A DNA stretch of 64,000 nt, taken from Actinomycetota bacterium. GTDB taxonomy: Bacteria > Actinomycetota > AC-67. The notes beneath the pieces are model-generated. The model made no database searches and was not told where the DNA came from. It worked only from the letters and a program-made list of their open reading frames with translations. Below are positions 57,431 through 64,000 of the stretch, in pieces. How positions within the stretch are numbered: position 1 is the first letter of the stretch; every line of letters begins with the position of its first letter. Location of the stretch: positions 330 through 64,329 of the forward strand of contig JBKHYG010000121.1 of assembly GCA_046565595.1 (NCBI GenBank), given 5' to 3'. The translations under genes were made by a program, and so were the position numbers.

Positions 57431-60325
57431 ATGCGACGCGCCGCTGCATGTGTCGTGGCGGCGGCGTTAACGCTCACGCTGCCGGCCGTGGCTGCGCGCG
57501 CACAGACCCCGCTCCCGCCTGACGCCGTCCTCACGATCCCCGGTCATGGTTGGGGCCACGGCCGGGGGATGGGCCAGTGGGGAGCCAAGGGCATGGCCGA
57601 CCAGGGTAAGAACTACCGAGAGATCCTGTCCTACTACTACTCCTCGGTCGAGTTCGGAGACAGAGGCGATGAGTGGTTGCGGGTGCTGGTGGAAGCGTCT
57701 CCCGATGTCGTCATCACGAGCGAGTCGAGCTTCAAGATCAGTTACTCAGACGGCGAGGTCTTAGCGACATCTGGCGATGCGAAGCCCTTCTGGCGTGTCA
57801 TCTACACCGGGGGCGCGCATCGCGCTCAGCGATCCGAAGCCTGGAACGGCCCCTGGGAGACCGTCGCCACCGATACCCGGTACATGATCTTCGCGCCGCA
57901 GGGCTCATTGCTCGAGGTCGTCTTCGGCAACGGAACCGTGCGGCGCTATCGGGGGAACATCATCGCCCGCTACGCGAGTGTCGATGGTATGCGCACGATA
58001 AACAGCCTCCGGATGGAGGACTATCTGCGCGGCGTCGTGCCTCGCGAATCTCCCTCGGGTTGGCCGGCAGAACAGTTGAAGTCTCAAGCGGTCGCTGCAC
58101 GCACCTATGCGTACCGCAAGCGCGACGACTCGAGATCGCGCGGCAACACCTTCGACATCTGTGCGACTACCGCGTGTCAGGTCTACGGAGGCGCAGGCCA
58201 ACGCTCCCGCCCCGGCGGGGCCATCAGCAGCCTCGAGGCATCCTCAACCGACGGGGCGCTCTCGGCGACGAAGGGGACCGTCCTGAACTACGCCGGAAAG
58301 GCCATCCTGGCGGAGTATTCGAGCAGCACGGGTGGCTACACAGCCCCTGGCTCGGTCCCATATCAGAAGGCGGTCCCTGACCCGACCGATGCCGTGAGCC
58401 CACACCATGAGTGGACCGCGAAGGTATCGGTCCGCGAGATCGAGTCCACCTGGCCCGCCATCGGTCGCCTGGTCCGCATCGAGGTGACCGAACGCAACGG
58501 CTTCGGCGAGTGGGGTGGCCGCGTGAAGCGTCTGAGGATCGTCGGGTCGTCGAAGACGATCGAGATCTCTGGGGACGCCTTCCGAGGAGCCTTCGCCTGG
58601 CCTTCCAAGTCCGACGGCCTCCGTTCGAGTTGGTTCACGATCGGCTACTGGGCTTCCGAACGGGTCCTCACCCCCGGCTCGACGACCATCCCGAGAGGCC
58701 AATCGAAACAACTGACCTACCGGTTCCGCAACCTCGGCACCGAGCCGTGGCCGGTCGGCGGGACGGTCGGCTTCTCCACCGATGCCGGAAGCAGCCTGCA
58801 AGCCGCCTCCTGGCCGTCACCGACCCGCCCCGCCTGGATCTCTCGCAATGTGACCCGCCCCGCCGCATCGAGCATCGCCGAGGGGGAGGTAGCCGAACTG
58901 ATCGTCGCGCTCGACACATCGTCTGCCCCGGTGGGCAGCGTGACCCTGCCCCTACGGCTAGAGGTCGAGGGCGGCACGCGGCTGGATGCGATCAACCTGA
59001 AGGTAGATGTCGTGCCGTCCTGGTTCGAGTTGGCTCCCAACATCCTGTCGAACGGTTCCTTCGAGAAGGGACTCTGGGCTTGGAGCGCTGACCGTGCTTC
59101 GCTCGTCGATGGCCGTGACCTGACCCGAGGCGTGTCAATGCAGCCCGGAGGCTCGATCACCCAGACCGTGAACCTGGCTGGCGGTTCCGGGCGTCGTTTC
59201 ATGTGGGGAGCCTGGACGAGCGCGGACCAGGGCGCAGACCTCGAGGTCAAGGTGCTTGTGACCTTCGCGGACGGACGCAGCTACATCAAGCGTCTCGCCG
59301 TACCGGGTGGTCCTCACGACTGGACATACACCGAGCAGGGGTTCCGGACCGCTGCGGACCGGCAGGTATCGAACATCCGTTTCGAGGCCAGGTCCGTCGG
59401 GGGATCTGCCCGCCTGGACGCTGTCAGACTGATCGAGGATCCGGTCGCCAACTCGAGCTTCGAGCAGGACGAGCTGACCGCCTGGTCGATCCCTTTGGCT
59501 CCTGCGGACGCGCCGTTCGCGCGCACCGCGACTTGGACCGCCTCCGACGGAGATCAGGCCCTGATCATCCCCGGTCGGGTCGAACCGATCCTCGTCGAAC
59601 AGCGGTTCGCTCTGGACGCTCCGGCATGGGAACGCTACTCGTGGCGCTTCAGCCATCGGTCCTACCAGTCCACGGCGGGCCAGGGATCGTGGCTGGCTTC
59701 GCTGACACTCGTGCATCCCGACGGCACCGAGACCGTCTCGGAGATCCCGATAGACACAGCGCAACATCCTTGGGAGAGCGCGCGGGCCGAGCTGGTGGCT
59801 CGAAAACCGGTCACCGAAGGGATCCTCCGATTCCGGGCCGAGGGCCAGACGGGCTCTCTCTATATGGATCAGATCCGAGTCTTCCGCTCGAGGGTCAGCG
59901 ACGCCAGTTTCGAGGCAGGTGACCTGTCGGCGTGGAACACCGGCGGTCTCCAACCAGACGACCAGGTCGCCACTTGGGCCGCTCGGGACGGCGACCTGGG
60001 CCTGCGCCTGACCGGGCCGGCCAGATCCTTCGTCACCCAGAACCTCGTCCTGCGGGGCACCCCCAGCCGGACCTTCCGTCTGGCAGCCTGGAACAATTCC
60101 AGCAGGGCCAGATCGGGCCGCGTGGATGTGGCGGTGACCTTCTTCCACACCGACGGCACCCGTTCAGCGCAGGTGTTGGACTTCACAGGGCCAGATCACG
60201 CCTGGACCTACCGCGAGATCCGCATCAGCTCGGCCAAGCGCTTCGACGGCGTCCGGGTGGCTGTGATGCTGGACGGCCCATCTGGCTGGACGAGTTTCGA
60301 CTCGATACGGCTGATCGACGCCTAG
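57431..60325 (+). CDS. secreted SpoIID/LytB-domain protein with three tandem CBM4_9-like modules
   Basis: Signal peptide MRRAAACVVAAALTLTLPAVAARA. SpoIID hallmark GHGWGHGRGMGQWGA. Three ~140-aa repeats begin NGSFEKGLWAW, NSSFEQDELTAW and DASFEAGDLSAW. Start chosen at ATG 57431; an in-frame ATG at 57401 is an alternative. Confidence 0.7.
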   Translation: MRRAAACVVAAALTLTLPAVAARAQTPLPPDAVLTIPGHGWGHGRGMGQWGAKGMADQGKNYREILSYYYSSVEFGDRGDEWLRVLVEASPDVVITSESSFKISYSDGEVLATSGDAKPFWRVIYTGGAHRAQRSEAWNGPWETVATDTRYMIFAPQGSLLEVVFGNGTVRRYRGNIIARYASVDGMRTINSLRMEDYLRGVVPRESPSGWPAEQLKSQAVAARTYAYRKRDDSRSRGNTFDICATTACQVYGGAGQRSRPGGAISSLEASSTDGALSATKGTVLNYAGKAILAEYSSSTGGYTAPGSVPYQKAVPDPTDAVSPHHEWTAKVSVREIESTWPAIGRLVRIEVTERNGFGEWGGRVKRLRIVGSSKTIEISGDAFRGAFAWPSKSDGLRSSWFTIGYWASERVLTPGSTTIPRGQSKQLTYRFRNLGTEPWPVGGTVGFSTDAGSSLQAASWPSPTRPAWISRNVTRPAASSIAEGEVAELIVALDTSSAPVGSVTLPLRLEVEGGTRLDAINLKVDVVPSWFELAPNILSNGSFEKGLWAWSADRASLVDGRDLTRGVSMQPGGSITQTVNLAGGSGRRFMWGAWTSADQGADLEVKVLVTFADGRSYIKRLAVPGGPHDWTYTEQGFRTAADRQVSNIRFEARSVGGSARLDAVRLIEDPVANSSFEQDELTAWSIPLAPADAPFARTATWTASDGDQALIIPGRVEPILVEQRFALDAPAWERYSWRFSHRSYQSTAGQGSWLASLTLVHPDGTETVSEIPIDTAQHPWESARAELVARKPVTEGILRFRAEGQTGSLYMDQIRVFRSRVSDASFEAGDLSAWNTGGLQPDDQVATWAARDGDLGLRLTGPARSFVTQNLVLRGTPSRTFRLAAWNNSSRARSGRVDVAVTFFHTDGTRSAQVLDFTGPDHAWTYREIRISSAKRFDGVRVAVMLDGPSGWTSFDSIRLIDA

Positions 60326-60337
60326 GTAGGCCGCGCC

Positions 60338-60353
60338 GCGCGCACGAGCGCGC
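60338..60353. terminator. GC hairpin GCGCGC-ACGA-GCGCGC downstream of the SpoIID gene
   Basis: Perfect 6-bp GC stem, 13 nt after the stop. No clear U-tract follows. Confidence 0.3.
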
Positions 60354-60478
60354 ATGCCTGATGCGCCGCTTTGAAGAGCGCCCGGAATGCTGGGTTATGA
60401 TGCCGCGCGCCGTGGGGAGATCCGCGGTCCGCGCCGGTGCGCGCGGCGACGCAAGGCGACCGGGGGGCGCCAACGGCA

Positions 60479-60850
60479 GTGACCGACTACTTCTGGCAGT
60501 ACGGAACCCTTGGGGCTCTCGCGGTCCTCGCGGTCGGGTTCGTCGCGGTCGGATTCACGGTCAACCGCATCATGAGGCCCAAGAAGCCTCGCCCCGAGAA
60601 GCTCACGACCTACGAGTGTGGCGTGGATCCCGTCGGTGACGGTTGGTCTCAGACGCAGATCCGTTACTACGTCTTCGCCTTCCTGTTCGTGATCTTCGAT
60701 GTTGAAAGCGTCTTCCTGTTCCCGTTCGCGACCATCTTCGAGACCTTCCCGAACCCCGGTCTCGTGTTGGTCGAGATGATCATCTTCATCCTCATCCTGG
60801 CGGTCGGCCTGCTGTATGCATGGCGCCGCCGCGTCCTCGAGTGGCTCTGA
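60479..60850 (+). CDS. nuoA: NADH-quinone oxidoreductase subunit A, second paralog
   Basis: Start uncertain. GTG 60479 aligns with the N-terminus of the first NuoA (VTDYFWQYG against TLVDYLPIL); GTG 60437 is an alternative. ECG motif and three transmembrane helices present. Confidence 0.7.
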   Translation: MTDYFWQYGTLGALAVLAVGFVAVGFTVNRIMRPKKPRPEKLTTYECGVDPVGDGWSQTQIRYYVFAFLFVIFDVESVFLFPFATIFETFPNPGLVLVEMIIFILILAVGLLYAWRRRVLEWL

Positions 60851-60851
60851 C

Positions 60852-61397
60852 ATGGGTCTGATCGACAAGGTCGATTTCCCGCAACCGGCGAAGTTCATCT
60901 TCAACTGGGGCCGGCGGTATTCCCTTTGGGTCATGAACTTCGGCCTGGCTTGCTGTGCGATCGAACTGATCGCGGCTTCCACCAGTCGTCATGACTTCAT
61001 CCGCCTGGGCGTCATCCCCGTGGCGCATGGTCCCCGCCAGGCGGACCTGCTGGTCGTGGCTGGCACGCTGACCGACAAGATGGCTCCTGCCCTGAAGCGC
61101 GTCTATGAGCAGATCCCCGAGCCCAAGTATGTGATCAGTTTCGGCTCCTGCTCCAACTGCGGGGGTCCCTTCTGGGACTCGTATTCGGTCACCAAGGGGG
61201 TCGACCAGATCGTTCCCGTGGATGTCTATGTACCGGGTTGCCCTCCGCGTCCCGAGGCCCTGCTCGAAGGCATCCTGCTGCTGCAAGACCGCATCAAGGA
61301 CGAGTCCTTGAAGGAACGCTTCGAGCGGCGCGCCGCGACCGAACCGATCGTGGTCGGTGGCGGCTCCATCAACGACACGAGCATCGACGACGGATGA
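60852..61397 (+). CDS. nuoB: NADH-quinone oxidoreductase subunit B, second paralog
   Basis: N2 ligand motifs [20 protein letters not shown]. Confidence 0.85.
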   Translation: MGLIDKVDFPQPAKFIFNWGRRYSLWVMNFGLACCAIELIAASTSRHDFIRLGVIPVAHGPRQADLLVVAGTLTDKMAPALKRVYEQIPEPKYVISFGSCSNCGGPFWDSYSVTKGVDQIVPVDVYVPGCPPRPEALLEGILLLQDRIKDESLKERFERRAATEPIVVGGGSINDTSIDDG

Positions 61398-61879
61398 ACG
61401 CTTCCGAACTAGCCACCTACATCACCGGCCAGACCGACGCGGTCTCCCGGCACGAGGAATCGTGCGGGCAACTGTCGATCTGGGTAGACCCCTCGCGCTG
61501 GGTCGACGTCGCGACGCTCCTGCGGGACGACCCGCGATTGCACTTCGACTTCGTGACCTTCCTGACCGCTGTGGATCTTGAGACCGACGGCTTCGAGATC
61601 GTGGCGAACCTCTACTCTGTGCGTCGCATCCACCGTGTGCTGCTGAAGACGATCGTCGGTCGCGAGGCACCGCGCTTGCCGACCCTTTCTCAGGTCTGGA
61701 AGGGCATGAACTGGTGTGAGCGTGAGACATGGGAGCAGTTCGGGATCCAGTTCGACGGACACCCGAACCTCGTGAAACTGCTGCTTCCGGTCGAGTTCGA
61801 CGGCTATCCGCTCCGTAAGGACTTCCTGCTCATGACCCGCGAGGCCAAGGAATGGCCGGGGGAGAAGGAGCCGGCATGA
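61394..61879 (+). CDS. nuoC: NADH-quinone oxidoreductase subunit C, second paralog
   Basis: ATGA coupled. 161 aa, 30-kDa subunit family. Confidence 0.8.
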   Translation: MNASELATYITGQTDAVSRHEESCGQLSIWVDPSRWVDVATLLRDDPRLHFDFVTFLTAVDLETDGFEIVANLYSVRRIHRVLLKTIVGREAPRLPTLSQVWKGMNWCERETWEQFGIQFDGHPNLVKLLLPVEFDGYPLRKDFLLMTREAKEWPGEKEPA

Positions 61880-63057
61880 GCATGGACACCTCTGAACTCG
61901 GCATGCTCCCTGGCGGTCCAGGCGAAGGCGTGCAGGTGATCATCGCCGGCGATGACGACTTCGCGACACAAGAGATGACGCTGTCCATCGGGCCGCAGCA
62001 CCCTGCGACCCACGGGGTCCTGCGTGTCGTGCTGACCCTCGACGGAGAGGTCATCAAGGAAGCCGTGCCCGTCATCGGCTACATGCACCGCGGGTTCGAC
62101 AAACTTGCCGAGGTCCGCGACTACCGCCAGATCATCGCGCTCAGCAATCGCCACGACTGGCTCTCGGCGTTCGGGAACGAGGTCGGCGTCGCGCTGGCGG
62201 TCGAACGCCTGATGGACCTCGAGGTTCCCGATCGGGCGCAGTGGATCAGGATGCTGTTCTGCGAGTGGAACCGGATCCTGAATCACCTGATGTTCATCGG
62301 CTCCTTCGGGCTCGAGCTCGGAGCGATGACGCCGATCTTCCTGGCTTTCCGTGAACGCGAACAGATCCAGGCACTCCTCGAGATGGCAACCGGCGCGCGG
62401 ATGCACTACACCTACTGCCGCGTCGGCGGGCTGAAGGAAGATCTTCCTCGCGGGTTCCTCAAGCGGTCCGAGCAGATGGTCAAGACGATCCGTAGCCGCC
62501 TGGTCGATTACGAAGGTCTGCTGCTCGGGAACGAGATATTCAAGAAGCGCACCGTAGGTATCGGCGCCCTGGCGCCCGAGATCGCCAAGGCCTACGGCGT
62601 GACGGGTCCGATCCTTCAGGCCACCGGCGTCGCAGAGGACTCACGCAAGACCGACCCATATCTCAAGTACGACCAGATCGACTTCGAGGTTCCGGTCGGA
62701 GACAACGGCGACTCGTTCGATCGGTTCTTCGTGCTGTACCGCCGCGTCCAGGAATCGCTGAAGATCATCGAGCAGATCCACGACAAGATCCCTGCCGGCC
62801 CGATCATGCCGGGCAAGATGCCGAAGAACCTCAAGCCGCCGGAAGGTTGGGTCTATCAGCGCACCGAGAACTCGCTCGGCGAGACCGGCTACTACCTGGT
62901 CAGCCGCGGCGAGAAGGAGCCATGGCGCTTCAAGATGCGCACACCCAGCTTCCACAATGTTTCGATGATCCCCGAACTACTCGAGGGCATCCTGTTGCCC
63001 GACCTGATCAGTGTGTTGGGTAGCGTCTTCTATGTCGTGGGGGATGTCGACAGGTGA
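61876..63057 (+). CDS. nuoD: NADH-quinone oxidoreductase subunit D, second paralog
   Basis: ATGA coupled. 49-kDa subunit motif LSIGPQHPATHGVLRVVL. Confidence 0.85.
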   Translation: MSMDTSELGMLPGGPGEGVQVIIAGDDDFATQEMTLSIGPQHPATHGVLRVVLTLDGEVIKEAVPVIGYMHRGFDKLAEVRDYRQIIALSNRHDWLSAFGNEVGVALAVERLMDLEVPDRAQWIRMLFCEWNRILNHLMFIGSFGLELGAMTPIFLAFREREQIQALLEMATGARMHYTYCRVGGLKEDLPRGFLKRSEQMVKTIRSRLVDYEGLLLGNEIFKKRTVGIGALAPEIAKAYGVTGPILQATGVAEDSRKTDPYLKYDQIDFEVPVGDNGDSFDRFFVLYRRVQESLKIIEQIHDKIPAGPIMPGKMPKNLKPPEGWVYQRTENSLGETGYYLVSRGEKEPWRFKMRTPSFHNVSMIPELLEGILLPDLISVLGSVFYVVGDVDR

Positions 63058-64000
63058 TCTTCGAGCACTTCTTCGACAACGCTTGGGTCGTGCTCGGCCT
63101 CAAGTTGGGCGCGGTCTTCGGCTTCTTCCTGACCGCGCCGTTGATCATCGGTTACGCCGAGCACAAGGTCCTGGCGCACATGCAGTCACGGCTTGGTCCG
63201 ATGGAGGCGGGCAAGTTCCACGGTTGGGCACAGCTGATAGCCGATGGCGTGAAGTTCGTCCAGAAGGAAGACATCATCCCGGCGGCCGCTGACCGCAAGG
63301 TCTTCGCCTTCGCGCCGGCGGTCGCGCTCCTTCCGGTGATGCTGACCTTCCTGGTGCTGCCCTTCGGCCCCGGTCCCGCAGGCAACGAAGCCGCGGGGTA
63401 CTGGGGCGAGAACCTGGATCTGTCCCTGTTCTTCGTGCTAGCCATCAGCGCGGTCGGAGTCATCGGGATGCTCATGGCCGGATGGTCCAGCGCCAACAAG
63501 TATTCGCTGATCGGCGCCCTGCGTGGAGCTGCGCAGCTGATCGCATACGAGCTTCCTCTGGTCCTGGCAGCTGCCGCGGTCGCGATGATGGCCGGAAGCG
63601 TGTCTCTGGTCGAGATCGCCGCCGCGCAAGAGAACACCCTTTGGTTCGTGGTTCCCCAGTTCGCCGGTTTCGCCATCTTCGTGATGGCATCGCTCGCCGA
63701 ACTCTCCCGCCCTCCCTTCGATATGCCGATCGCCGATTCCGAGATCATCTTCGGTCACATGACCGAGTACACCGGCCTGCGGTTCGCGTTGTTCCTGCTC
63801 GCCGAGTACGCAGGCATCGTCGCGCTCTCGGCGGTTGCGGTCGTGCTGTACCTGGGCGGCTGGAACGGCATCTTCGGTCTTCCCATCCCCGCTCCGCTAT
63901 GGACGCTGGCCAAGATCGGCGCGCTTAGCTTCTTCGTCATCTGGTTGCGGGCGACCATGCCGCGTCTCCGCGAGGACCAGTTGCAGAAGCTCGCATGGAA
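63054..64000 (+). CDS. nuoH: NADH-quinone oxidoreductase subunit H, second paralog (3'-truncated at the window edge)
   Basis: Absent from the ORF track because no stop is reached. GTG 63054 overlaps the nuoD2 stop as GTGA. The translation is unambiguously NuoH-like (GYAEHKVLAHMQSRLGPMEAGKFHGWAQLIADGVKF). Confidence 0.85.
   Translation, partial: MIFEHFFDNAWVVLGLKLGAVFGFFLTAPLIIGYAEHKVLAHMQSRLGPMEAGKFHGWAQLIADGVKFVQKEDIIPAAADRKVFAFAPAVALLPVMLTFLVLPFGPGPAGNEAAGYWGENLDLSLFFVLAISAVGVIGMLMAGWSSANKYSLIGALRGAAQLIAYELPLVLAAAAVAMMAGSVSLVEIAAAQENTLWFVVPQFAGFAIFVMASLAELSRPPFDMPIADSEIIFGHMTEYTGLRFALFLLAEYAGIVALSAVAVVLYLGGWNGIFGLPIPAPLWTLAKIGALSFFVIWLRATMPRLREDQLQKLAW

Noticed and set aside
1-64000. Search for CRISPR arrays, tRNA/rRNA genes, IS elements, integrases, toxin-antitoxin pairs or defence-island hallmarks
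   Set aside because: No arrays of regularly spaced direct repeats were seen. No cloverleaf-capable conserved tRNA motifs appear in the intergenic regions, and there are no transposase, integrase or restriction-modification-like ORFs. The window looks like conserved core chromosome. The only repeats are the 9-bp poly-Ser microsatellite and short palindromes.

Overview
This 64 kb window is a high-GC (~65-70%) chromosomal segment from a Gram-positive, Actinobacteria-like organism; genes are densely packed and often joined by ATGA/GTGA/TGATG overlaps. No rRNA, tRNA, CRISPR array, IS element or integrase was found. Almost all content is housekeeping or respiratory, and the large antisense ORFs in the six-frame track are GC-skew artefacts. 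Content from left to right: (i) an aldehyde dehydrogenase 3' end, an AcuC-type deacetylase, an excisionase-type HTH protein, an unlisted 32-aa ribosomal protein bS22 ORF, a SAM hydroxide adenosyltransferase, an epimerase and a PlsC-like acyltransferase; (ii) an ECF sigma / anti-sigma pair followed by a large secreted protein with a sortase-like C-terminus; (iii) a LarA-like protein, a sugar-phosphate isomerase, a CAP-domain protein with a 9-bp poly-Ser tandem repeat, and an acyl-CoA ligase / membrane protein / glutaredoxin operon; (iv) System II cytochrome c maturation genes (ccsA, ccsB, ccdA and two divergent TlpA-like thioredoxins); (v) an unusual b6c-type cytochrome bc operon with a split cytochrome b, a 2[4Fe-4S] ferredoxin and two flanking membrane proteins; (vi) rex-hemC-cobA/hemD with two near-consensus Rex operators facing a geranylgeranyl reductase gene and a complete translationally coupled nuoA-N operon, followed by a polyprenyl synthase; (vii) a Wzm/Wzt ABC-transporter-dependent cell-wall glycopolymer cluster (GT4 enzymes, a 1086-aa dual glycosyltransferase with a coiled-coil spacer, WecB/WecC, SpoIID with three tandem CBM4_9-like modules); (viii) the start of a second nuo operon (nuoA-B-C-D then nuoH directly) that lacks the NADH-oxidising nuoEFG module. 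The most interesting candidates are the ferredoxin-containing split cytochrome b6c complex, the second EFG-less complex I-like operon, and the glycopolymer cluster lying between the two nuo operons.
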